A DNA stretch of 64,000 nucleotides from the human T2T-CHM13v2.0 reference genome, Homo sapiens: NCBI RefSeq assembly GCF_009914755.1, contig NC_060934.1. One strand, written 5' to 3'. The notes below the pieces were generated by a model. The model had not been told where the DNA came from, did no database searches, and was given only the letters and a program-made list of their open reading frames with translations. Below are positions 1 through 10,020 of this stretch, one piece after another (position 1 is the first letter of the stretch; each line of letters starts with the position of its first letter). The position numbers were made by a program, and so were the translations under genes.

Positions 1-69
1 CTTGGAACAAAAAAATATATACAACCTGGAGTGCTCAAAGTCAACATTAATTCAATAAAATACAAATAT

Positions 70-500
70 CTTAGTTTGGTTTCTTTGGGTTGCAAGGAAA
101 AGAACCTTAAGTAAAAAGGGGACTTTATTAAGGTTACTGAATTAACCTAAGGACAAGAAGTGACGCTGAGTGCCTGGAAATCCATTTGGATTTATGTATT
201 TGCCACTTTGCATATCTTCATTATTTTTCTTCCTCTGCAGACAGGTGGACTACAGCTGCCCCAAAGCAAAATTTTTATGTCTCCCGTGAAATGACCTCAA
301 GGGACTGAGCAGCATGTCTGCTCAAAGACACAGAAGAGAGAATCTAACTGACCTAACCTGGGTCATGTGACTAGCTATGGCCAGAGATTAGGAGATCAGA
401 GTCTCCTAATCAGGTTGCCAACGCCCACTCCGGGAAAAGGGACATTCTCTGACTTGGGCTGGGAGACACTCAGAAAGTGTCTACTAGAATGCAACTTTCA
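70..500 (-). mobile_element. Old MaLR LTR fragment (MLT1-type), degraded
   Basis: GGTTGCAAG..AAGAACC..TTAAGTAAAAAGGGGACTTTATT and GGGTCATGTGAC resemble reverse-strand MLT1 ends; boundaries approximate. Confidence 0.4.
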
Positions 501-1014
501 CCAACACATTCCCCAGACCTCTTCCATTAAATATTTATCTGTATCAAAGGGAAGTATAGTTCATTTCTGATACGTCTCTGTTCACTTCTTCACATTTTAT
601 GCTGCAATCACAAAGACTTGCTTGTCATCCCAACTACCTGTTCGCTGCTTACCACTCCTACTCACCTACACAATCATATTTCATGCCTAAGTCCTGTGGT
701 CCTCTGTGCTTGTAATGGTCTTCTTCCAATCCTTAATGTCATTGCTTCTAGACTTTACCGGCTCTCTTTACCTTCCTAGACTAGTTAACCTCTTTCTTTT
801 AGGCATTGTAACATCATGCACATAAATCTCCATTATTGTCCAGCTCCATTGTTTTGAGATTTACTATCTAGTTTCTGACATCTTTATACCCCCAGACATT
901 GCAAGCCTCGCCTACGGTGGGAGGCCAGGTTGAACTAACATACCCTGAAAGTTTCCTTTTAGCTAATAATTGACTCTAAAAGAGAGTGTAATCATTACAT
1001 AAAAAGTATTGTCC

Positions 1015-1319
1015 TCTGGGCGCGGTGGCTCACGCCTGTAAATCCCAGCACTTTGGGAGGCCGAGGCGGGCGGATCACGAGGTCGGAAGTTCGAGAGCAG
1101 CCTGACCAACATGGCGAAACCTCGTCTCTATAAAAATACAGAAATTAGCCAGGCGTGGAGACAGGTGCCTGTAATCCCAGCTACTCAGGAGGCTGAGGCA
1201 GGAGAATGGCTTGAACCCGGGAGGCGGAAGGTTGCAGTGAGCCGAGATCGCGCCACTGTACTCCAGCCTGGGCGACAGTGCCAGACTCGTCTCAAAAAAA
1301 AAAAAAAAAAAAAAAAAAA
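1015..1319 (+). mobile_element. Alu (S-type), full length
   Basis: GGGCGCGGTGGCTCACGCCTGTAA start, dimeric body, long A-tail; TSD-like AAAAAGTATTGTC / AAAAAGTCTTGTC. Confidence 0.95.
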
Positions 1320-2173
1320 GTCTTGTCTGCATAAAACCCTTACAATTGTTAACTTGTCAAGGTTCTAGTAGCCAGGAAGTTCTAATCAAACTCGGCCCCA
1401 GGACTGCCTTGTCAGCACGCCCCTTGAGAAACTTTTCTGAGAAACCTGCTGTTTACCTGGTGCCCTAACCAGTTTAATTTTCTTTTAAAACTTCTACTGG
1501 ATTTCTCCTTCTCTCCTTTTAGATGCAATTTTGATCTAGAGAAGTAATGGTCTGAGCATCAGTTTATGAAATTATTTTATTTTTCTGCACATAAACATTA
1601 TTTTTCAAAGACAATTTCATTAACTACATCCTGCAGCTCTGCAGACTTTCAACAACTTTAAAAGGTTAGGCGTTTGAGATATGTTCGCCTTGACTTTCAG
1701 TCCTCAAGACATATGTACATTTTTCTTAGTCTCAAAGCTCATGTCTGCACTCTAGTCCTAAAGGATTTGTCTTTATAATTCTCACCTTAGCATGAAATGT
1801 GCTTCTCTTTCTTTCCTTCCCCACCCCCCACCCCCTTTTGACATATCCGGTAGGGAAGCTCTGGCAGATTCTCAAGAAGAATTTTGCAAATGGTCGACTT
1901 TTGTTCATCTCAGGTTTTGGAGGGAGAGGATAAAAGAACATTCCCTCAGATAATGAGTTTTAACCTTAATTCCTTCCAAAGCGGAGGGGGAAACAAAACT
2001 ACAGCAAGACCACCTTGAGTACCTTGGGAAGGGCAGCCCCGCGATCCCTAATAAATGAATTAGCATCTCAAGGAGGAGATCACTGCGGGGCTGATATTGA
2101 TCTGGGTCAGCCGGCGTGTTTGCCAGCCATTGTTTGGGGGGTGGTTAATTGAGTGTCAGTCTCGGCCAGTGTC

Positions 2174-2296
2174 GTCTCGTTGGCGCCGGGTGCTTTTGGA
2201 TTTGCTAATTTTCGTTAAGTGTCTCTAGCCCGCTACTCGTCCCGCGTACCCGGGAGAACCTAGCGGCTCCTAACGGATCAACAGTCAGTCTGTCTG
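2174..2296 (+). promoter_or_regulatory. Candidate BMP/SMAD-responsive element (TGGCGCC plus GTCT boxes)
   Basis: TGGCGCC at 2181-2187 (SMAD1/5 GC element) with GTCT at 2174 and GTCTGTCT at 2288-2295; BAMBI is a known BMP feedback target. Confidence 0.5.
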
Positions 2297-2686
2297 GGCT
2301 TTATTGATCCCATGGCGGGCAGCTCGAGGCGGACACGCTGAGGGGGTGGGGGGCGAAGGCTGAATGCAGACCCCAGCGCTGGGCCGCCTCCCCCGGGCTC
2401 CCACCCGAACCCTCCTCCGCCACCTGCACAGGCCGGGGCATTGTCACTCGCCCCTGGGGGTTCCAGAAAACGCAGTGCGGCCGGGGAGGACGACCACACG
2501 GACCCCCTGCGTGTTTCGGGGGGCACCCAAAAGAAGCCCCGCGCTGGGGAACGCTGACCACCCGAGGCTGAGCCGTCAGGGTCTCGGAGGCGGGTTCCCG
2601 AGCCGGTCCCGGGGCTGGGCTCCCCCGGCGCCTCGCGAAGGTCACTGACGCGCAGGCCTCCGCAAGGGGGAGCGCGGGAGACGGCA

Positions 2687-2725
2687 GCGCCCCAGCCGGG
2701 CGCCCCAGCCGGGCGCCCCAGACGC
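2687..2725 (+). repeat. Three tandem 13-bp GC-rich units in promoter (candidate SMAD element)
   Basis: GCGCCCCAGCCGG (2687-2699), GCGCCCCAGCCGG (2700-2712), GCGCCCCAGACGC (2713-2725); junctions form GGCGCC, third unit carries CAGAC. Confidence 0.8.
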
Positions 2726-2815
2726 CGGCGCCGCTCGGAGCCGCCGGGCAGGTCCCCCAGCGCTCGCGTCTGGGCCCGCCCCCCGCTGCGGGGCGGATTG
2801 ACAGGAGCCCGGCGG

Positions 2816-2885
2816 CCAATCGGACGCCGTGGGGCGGGGCGAGGCGGGGCGGTGCAGGCCGGCTCCCGGCGCGGGGCGCTATTTA
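2816..2885 (+). promoter_or_regulatory. BAMBI: BAMBI core promoter: CCAAT box, tandem GC boxes, TATA-like element
   Basis: CCAAT 2816-2820, GGGGCGGGGC 2831-2840, GAGGCGGGGC 2841-2850, TATTTA 2880-2885 in canonical order; implies TSS near 2885-2915. Confidence 0.7.
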
Positions 2886-3131
2886 CGGCGCGGAGCCGGA
2901 GAGACCTGGGCTGGCGCGGGCGGGAGCTGCGGCGGATACCCTTGCGTGCTGTGGAGACCCTACTCTCTTCGCTGAGAACGGCCGCTAGCGGGGACTGAAG
3001 GCCGGGAGCCCACTCCCGACCCGGGGCTAGCGTGCGTCCCTAGAGTCGAGCGGGGCAAGGGAGCCAGTGGCCGCCGACGGGGGACCGGGAAACTTTTCTG
3101 GGCTCCTGGGCGCGCCCTGTAGCCGCGCTCC

Positions 3132-3170
3132 ATGCTCCGGCAGCGGCCCGAAACCCAGCCCCGCCGCTGA
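3132..3170 (+). other. uORF1 in BAMBI 5'UTR (MLRQRPETQPRR*)
   Basis: ATG 3132 to TGA 3168-3170, same frame as main CDS, weak Kozak; translation not shown. Confidence 0.55.
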
Positions 3171-3197
3171 CGGCGCCCGCCGCTCCGGGCAGGGCCC

Positions 3198-3224
3198 ATG
3201 CCCTGCGCGCTCCGGGGGTCGTAG
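3198..3224 (+). other. uORF2 in BAMBI 5'UTR (MPCALRGS*)
   Basis: ATG 3198 to TAG 3222-3224, same frame as main CDS, weak Kozak; translation not shown. Confidence 0.55.
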
Positions 3225-3284
3225 GCTGCCGCCGAGCCGGGGCTCCGGAAGCCGGCGGGGGCGCCGCGGCCGTGCGGGGCGTCA

Positions 3285-3360
3285 ATGGATCGCCACTCCA
3301 GCTACATCTTCATCTGGCTGCAGCTGGAGCTCTGCGCCATGGCCGTGCTGCTCACCAAAG
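3285..3360 (+). CDS. BAMBI: BAMBI coding exon 1 (signal peptide region)
   Basis: ATG 3285 encodes MDRHSSYIFIWLQLELCAMAVLLTK, the BAMBI N-terminus; donor AAG|GTGGGT at 3361; 76 nt, phase 1. Confidence 0.97.
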
Positions 3361-3723
3361 GTGGGTGCCGGGGGCGCACGGGGCCCGGGGTCCCGTCCTC
3401 GCCGCGGGGCTTTGGAGCCGGCTGCAGAGGCTTTGTTAGCGGCAGGCGAGGCTCCCTCCTGCGCCGGAGCCGCAGGTCGCGACAAGTTGCTGTGTTCTTA
3501 GAAGTCGCGGCGGTGGCCTGGCGCGTGGATGCGGACTCCGATCTAAGGGCAGGCGCTGATCAGAGGGTCCTCCTGGCTCTGCCTGCGGGGAGCGGCGCGT
3601 TTGCAGCCCAGCGGGGAGCGGGGCCGGAGTCTCGGCCTCGACGCCGCCGCTTCCGCACCCTGGGGGCTCGGGCGGCCGGGAGGAATCGCAGATCCTGGCC
3701 TGTAGCTGCCGCGTGCCCTCAGC

Positions 3724-4090
3724 GTGTCTGTGTGAGTGCCTCAGGGTGTATTTCTGTGAGTGTGTCTCTGAGTCTCAGTATCCCTAAATGCATTTTTGTG
3801 TCTCTGAGTGTCGTTGTGTTTCTGAAAGTGTGTCTGAACCTCTGTATCACTCAGCGTATCTCTGTGTCTCTTTGAATGTATCTCTGAATGCATTTCTGTG
3901 TCTCTTTCTGAGTCTTTGTGTCTCTGAATGTGTGAGTCTCTGTATCTCTGATCTTGAGTGTGTCTTTCTGAATGCATTTCTGTGTCTGTCTCTAAGTGTC
4001 TTTGTATCTCTGAATGTGCATCTGAGTCTCTGTGTGAGTGTGTCTCTGCGTACATCTCTCTGTGTGCGAGCGAGTGTGTGGGTCTCCCTG
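3724..4090. repeat. Degenerate TG/TC low-complexity repeat in intron 1
   Basis: Recurrent TCTCTGAATG / TGTGTCTC units; TCTGAATGCATTTCTGTGTCT at both 3883 and 3967. Confidence 0.8.
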
Positions 4091-4551
4091 AGAGTTTAGG
4101 TGTCCGAGGTGTGCAGAAGTGTGTGTTGTGTTGCTTTTCAGCAGCCGGGAGGAGTAGGCTCTGTCAGCGTCTCACTGCCACTCACCTCATATTTTACAAA
4201 CAGGACCAAAAAAAAAAAAAAGGCAGCGGGTCAGTTTCTTCTTTCCTCTGCAGGCTTTCACCTTTTAGAAAGAAATAACCCGAACTGTCTCCGAATTTCA
4301 AGGTTCTCCTCACCTCCCTGCTGTGAAATCTACCTACTGTTCTGTGAACAGATAATTTTTTTAAGTAGGAAGCAGTTTAGTCTTTGCAGCCCCCTACTTC
4401 TCTTTAATTGCTATGTAGCAGGCATGAGGTTAAAGCATAAGCTAGCCCAGCGAGGATGATGTGCTACAGTATTTATTTATTTTGGAAGGAAGGGTGTAAT
4501 TAACCCTAAATAACAGCCCTTGTGGCTTGCAGAGGGGAGCCTCCTGGCCCT

Positions 4552-4559
4552 ATCAAAGG
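4552..4559 (-). promoter_or_regulatory. TCF/LEF consensus site in intron 1
   Basis: ATCAAAGG (CCTTTGAT on minus strand) in unique intronic sequence; BAMBI is a known beta-catenin target. Confidence 0.45.
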
Positions 4560-6644
4560 CGGGCAGAACAGGGAGGGACTGAGGCTGACATGAAGTCACA
4601 GATACCGAAACTATGTGCCTGATAATGATATAATTAGGGGATCAGAGATTTCTGACGGCTGCGGACTTCAAAAGCTTTAAAAGAAGCCAGCAGTCTCTCC
4701 TGTAGCCATCTTGACTAAAGCAGACATTTTTGTTTAATCACTACATACAGTAACGAGAAGGGGGCAGAAACAGAAGGGCATTGTTCCACAGTTTCAAAAT
4801 ACCAGTCCCCTTTCTGGCCTTTTGCATGCCACAGGAAGAAACTTTATGAACGACAGAAATATAGTTTTAATACAGTGGTACAAAAGTCCATTCTCCTTGC
4901 TTAAAATGTGGCTCCAATTAAAAAAAAAAGGTAGTTAGAACTTTCCCAGTTACCTGTCAAAATTTTATTAGGCTGTTTTTAGGTCATTGAAAATAGGCTC
5001 TCATAAACATTTAAGCAGCATTTTACTTGTATTCAGTCTTCCTTTTCTGTACAAGGTCTGAAGCTAATAGGGTCAAAATGGGCTTTTAATCTGTTTTATT
5101 TATACTTTAAATCTATATATGGAATTTGTCAAACTAGGGATATGTAGTCATCACCCCAGAAGACTGGTGAGCTTTATGTGGAAAATAAAGTGAGCTTGGA
5201 GGGAGGAGGAGAAAGAGCAGAGAAGTGGTTCTGCAAAGCAAGGTTCTTACTTGAAGCAGAGAAGGAACTTGGGCCCAACCAGTGCAGATTTAGGAGCAAG
5301 ACCCCTAGCTTTGGACTGTTAAGGGTTGCCAAAGATCTGTGTTTAGCGGGCTGGTTTTCCTTAGAACCGAAGCATTAGCAGCGTCCGGTGAAAACTGAGC
5401 ATACAATACCGTGGTCTGGAATTTGGACAGATAATTAAATGAGACACCTTACTGGGGCGTTCAGAGAGAGGGGGAAGAATAAAGGTAAGGGTGGGAAGAG
5501 GTTTGTAAAACAGCAGATCCCGGTGTTTAATTTCAGAGTGGAGGTTTCGGATCTTCAGACGGGAAACTGGAAGAGGCGTGTGCATTAGTTTAGTTTACTC
5601 GCTGTGGCATGTGACAGCGACCAGGGTCCACTAGGTGGATATTGTATTAGTGAGAACTTGAAGACCCAGATTATTTCAACGAGAAACTGATATTAAAGCC
5701 TCCAATCTTGCCCTGCGACAAAATGTGAACGGAGCCATGCAACTCACAAAATAAGTTTTTATAAAGGAAACTTTTAATCACTTCCTGTAGAAAATTTGAG
5801 GTTTCCTTAAGGATTTTTCATTCAACCAGCAGAGGATTTTCAGTTTCAGTGTTTCCCCTTTTAGATCACATGTCGAATTACATGTAAAACTTGTGAGGAG
5901 GAGGAGGAGAAGTTAGCCTTGCAGTTTTATACTCCCCCCACCTTTTATGACTTTCCATTTGGGCTGAAAGAAATTGACTTTGGCAAGCAAACCACTAATT
6001 GTAAACTGCCTAGTTCCTGTTTTACAATATACTGACTAAAAGCTCCTCTGCATGAAAAGATCTTTATAGGCAAAAAGTTTGCCTTTTCTAGAGAGGTTGC
6101 AAATAGCTGCCTAGTTTCATAGTTTTAAAACCTCCTGACCTGGGCAGTTTCTAGATTGTTGTGTTTCTAGTTAATAACTTTATAAGGTGTTAGCTAAAGC
6201 TCTTAACTCTTGGTGCAGTCCTGTGGGATAGTAAACAATTCAGTAGTTCCGATCAAATATTTATACTGACAAAATCAAAAAGCCTAACATTTTTATGTTG
6301 TATGGTCATGTAGGATTAAAATGAATAAATAATGTGTTATACCTTATGGTAGGAGAAATTATACTCATTACTATTTCCTTCAAAAAGCAAAAGTTTTTTT
6401 AAAATGACTCTAAACTCCTCAGAAACCTGCTATTGGGATTACTACATTGCCAAAATGACGTTTAACTGGATTGAAACTTACGCACTGGCTGCAGGAAGGG
6501 CTTCTCCAGGCTCTGTAGACTGGAGCCCTCAGCTTGGATGATCTAAAAGTTCATGCCTTTGAATTTGGGATTTAGCAGTTGCCTAAATAGTTGCTTTATC
6601 TGGTCTCTGGAGCAGAGTTTGAGGTGGTTTCTCATTGTTTTCAG

Positions 6645-6932
6645 GTGAAATTCGATGCTACTGTGATGCTGCCCACTGTGTAGCCACTGGTTATATGTGT
6701 AAATCTGAGCTCAGCGCCTGCTTCTCTAGACTTCTTGATCCTCAGAACTCAAATTCCCCACTCACCCATGGCTGCCTGGACTCTCTTGCAAGCACGACAG
6801 ACATCTGCCAAGCCAAACAGGCCCGAAACCACTCTGGCACCACCATACCCACATTGGAATGCTGTCATGAAGACATGTGCAATTACAGAGGGCTGCACGA
6901 TGTTCTCTCTCCTCCCAGGGGTGAGGCCTCAG
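6645..6932 (+). CDS. BAMBI: BAMBI coding exon 2 (Cys-rich type I receptor-like ectodomain)
   Basis: Acceptor TTTTCAG|GT, donor CAG|GTAGGT; encodes EIRCYCDAAHC...ECCHEDMCN (CCX4CN cysteine box); 288 nt, phase 1-1. Confidence 0.97.
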
Positions 6933-7369
6933 GTAGGTGGAAGCCGTTTCTAACCAGAATGCCTGCCTGATCTATAGACTTGTGACAGCCACGACTTTGT
7001 ATGTCTGCTATTGATTTTGTTGTTAATGTAATTAGAGACACCAGAGGGAGAAGCCTGGCTGGATGCAAAGATGCATCTTGATTGAGTGGCTTTTATGTCT
7101 GAGCATTAGATGTCTGTCTACATAATAGGTTTTGCCTGTTTTTTCAACATTTTGAAGACATTAAAAGGCCATTACATCTCAGTAATGACAGTCTGTAAAC
7201 AAATGCGTTTGTAAGCTTCTTCAGATAGTTTTGCAATGTTTTCTAAATATCGTTGATTTAATTGTAAGCTTCTTTTTAATGGAATTCTTGGTTAAAATGA
7301 ATTGATGATTATGAATATCCCTAGGAGGAGTTAGCATGGAGTTTGATCATTTTCTTTGTACTCCTTTAG

Positions 7370-7788
7370 GACAAGGAAACAGGTATCAGCATGATGGTAG
7401 CAGAAACCTTATCACCAAGGTGCAGGAGCTGACTTCTTCCAAAGAGTTGTGGTTCCGGGCAGCGGTCATTGCCGTGCCCATTGCTGGAGGGCTGATTTTA
7501 GTGTTGCTTATTATGTTGGCCCTGAGGATGCTTCGAAGTGAAAATAAGAGGCTGCAGGATCAGCGGCAACAGATGCTCTCCCGTTTGCACTACAGCTTTC
7601 ACGGACACCATTCCAAAAAGGGGCAGGTTGCAAAGTTAGACTTGGAATGCATGGTGCCGGTCAGTGGGCACGAGAACTGCTGTCTGACCTGTGATAAAAT
7701 GAGACAAGCAGACCTCAGCAACGATAAGATCCTCTCGCTTGTTCACTGGGGCATGTACAGTGGGCACGGGAAGCTGGAATTCGTATGA
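7370..7788 (+). CDS. BAMBI: BAMBI coding exon 3 (transmembrane helix and kinase-less cytoplasmic tail)
   Basis: Acceptor CTTTAG|GA; TM AAVIAVPIAGGLILVLLIMLAL; ends KLEFV-TGA; joined CDS 76+288+419=783 nt = 260 aa. Confidence 0.97.
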
Positions 7789-7852
7789 CGGAGTCTTATC
7801 TGAACTACACTTACTGAACAGCTTGAAGGCCTTTTGAGTTCTGCTGGACAGG

Positions 7853-7953
7853 AGCACTTTATCTGAAGACAAACTCATTTAATCATCTTTGAGAGACAAA
7901 ATGACCTCTGCAAACAGAATCTTGGATATTTCTTCTGAAGGATTATTTGCACA
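7853..7953 (+). promoter_or_regulatory. miR-17/20/106 8mer and miR-19 8mer target sites
   Basis: GCACTTTA 7854-7861 (overlapping AGCACTT, miR-302/372 seed match) and TTTGCACA 7946-7953. Confidence 0.6.
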
Positions 7954-8070
7954 GACTTAAATACAGTTAAATGTGTTATTTGCTTTAAAATTATAAAAAG
8001 CAAAGAGAAGACTTTGTACACACTGTCACCAGGGTTATTTGCATCCAAGGGAGCTGGAATTGAGTACCTA

Positions 8071-8076
8071 AATAAA
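8071..8076 (+). terminator. Canonical poly(A) signal AATAAA
   Basis: First AATAAA after the BAMBI stop codon. Confidence 0.5.
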
Positions 8077-9096
8077 CAAAAATGTGCCCTATGTAAGCTT
8101 CTACATCTTGATTTATTGTAAAGATTTAAAAGAAATATATATATTTTGTCTGAAATTTAATAGTGTCTTTCATAAATTTAACTGGGAAACGTGAGACAGT
8201 ACATGTTAATTATACAAATGGCCATTTGCTGTTAATAATTTGTTCTCAACTCTAGGATGTGGCTTGGTTTTTTTTTTTCTCTTTTCTTTTTTAAACAAGA
8301 CCAAGATCTTGCTTATTCTTCCATGTGCCTGTGTAATTTTCTTACAGTGTGGAGTTTCTAAATGTATACTGACCATCTTTTAGTGTCTTACCCACATTCT
8401 GGCTATAGGATAACTCTGGTTTTAGCTTTCATCTAAGAAGGAGATCTGGAATTTATGTGTACCAGGTCAGATATGATTGATCAATTTCTGGAGTTGACCT
8501 AGCAAAGGTCATTTTGATCCAGGTGTTCCGGAATACCTTTTCCAATGTGTATACCTCCACCCAAAAAAGAAAAAAAAACCAACTAAACAACTGTTTTTTT
8601 GTTCAAGTCAGTCACTGTCTCCTTTTACTGTTGATTAATTGGCCAGTTTATTTTGTCCTAAGCCAAATTAAGTATTTTGGCTCCCCAATTAGCCAAACCT
8701 TACTGTACAACACACTTAATTTTAAACCTTGTGCTTCAACAGTGTGATGCTTTTTTTTTTTTTAATACTTAGAAAGCTTTTCTGTAGTGAACACGATACA
8801 CCAATTGATTTAAATAACTGCTACTAGGTTTCATCCTCCCAAATGATCCTTTATGTAACCAAATAGAACATTGGCTTTAGCCAGTAACTAATACAGCTAG
8901 GAAACAATGTTTCCTCTTATAAGACTTTTTGTCCTGATAACATTGCCCATCCTGAATTTAAACGTATGCTTTATTTGTGTACTTCCCGTGCCCCCAGTGG
9001 ATCTTTCTTATTTTAAATGTGAGAATATTATGCCATGGAGGGTATCTTCTGAATTCCTTTGTATATGTGAAATTTTTGCTTAAAAGTTAACCCGTA

Positions 9097-9427
<331 letters not shown>

Positions 9428-9694
9428 TTATTAATATTAATAGACCACCTGCCCCAAAAAACTAAGCTGTGGAATAAACACATATTAATAAATGATAGCA
9501 TTCGTACTGTCCCTTTTAAGATGAGCAGCTCTTGCATGCATGCCTTATATTTTATAAAAGATGTTAAGCTTTATGTATGTCAGTTTTTGAGGAAGCCAAA
9601 GAATTGTTGAACCCAACCCTTCAAACCTGTCAAGGGAATTGATCAAAGTTGTCTGTTGGTGAAATTTCCACCCTCACCTCCACCTCTGGCTCTT

Positions 9695-10020
9695 TGAGTC
9701 TCACTCTGTCGCCCGGGCTGGAGTCCGGTGGCGCCATATGTATCACTACAACCTCCACCCCACTCGCCACACACCACACGTGGTGCACACCACCCTGCTC
9801 CCTGCCCCGCCGCGGGTTCAAGCGATTCTCCTGCCTCAGCCTCTGAAGCAGCTGGGATTACAGCCACCCACCACCATGCCTGGCTAATTTCTGTATTTTT
9901 AGTAGAGACAGGGTTTTCACCATGTTGGCCAGGCTGGTCCCAAACTCCTGACCTCAAGTGATCCTCCTGCCTCAGCCTCCTAAAGTGCTGGGATTAAGGT
10001 GTGAGCCACTCTGCCCAACC
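9695..10020 (-). mobile_element. Alu without A-tail, carrying ~50-nt insertion
   Basis: Reverse Alu body; TSD CTCTGGCTCTT 9684-9694 / 10024-10034; extra sequence ~9762-9812. Confidence 0.85.

Larger units (their letters stand above)
2100..3720. promoter_or_regulatory. BAMBI: CpG island spanning BAMBI promoter, exon 1 and start of intron 1
   Basis: Very GC- and CpG-dense compared with CpG-depleted flanks; overlaps first coding exon. Confidence 0.92.
7789..8325 (+). other. BAMBI: BAMBI 3'UTR (AU-rich)
   Basis: AT-rich with several ATTTA pentamers, miRNA seed matches, AATAAA at 8071-8076 and a U-rich tract at 8267-8292; exact 3' end inferred. Confidence 0.65.

Noticed and set aside
2278-3501. 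Overlapping Pro/Gly/Arg-rich ORFs in the CpG island (e.g. 2301-2819 minus, 3067-3501 plus)
   Set aside because: Stop codons are scarce in GC-rich DNA; many use non-ATG starts and have no recognisable domain
3361-3875. 196-aa ORF 3285-3875 as a single-exon protein
   Set aside because: Only the first 25 codons are BAMBI; the rest is intron 1 read-through after the GT donor at 3361
5628-5640. CCACTAGGTGG as a CTCF site in intron 1
   Set aside because: Lacks the conserved C after GG; weak match with no supporting evidence
7336-7369. ATG-started 150-aa ORF (MEFDHFLCTPL...) as a separate gene
   Set aside because: First 11 codons are the intron 2 polypyrimidine tract/acceptor; the remainder is BAMBI exon 3
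7662-7768. CAGTGGGCACG repeated twice in exon 3 (SGH motifs)
   Set aside because: An 11-nt match with no flanking similarity is too short to infer an internal duplication
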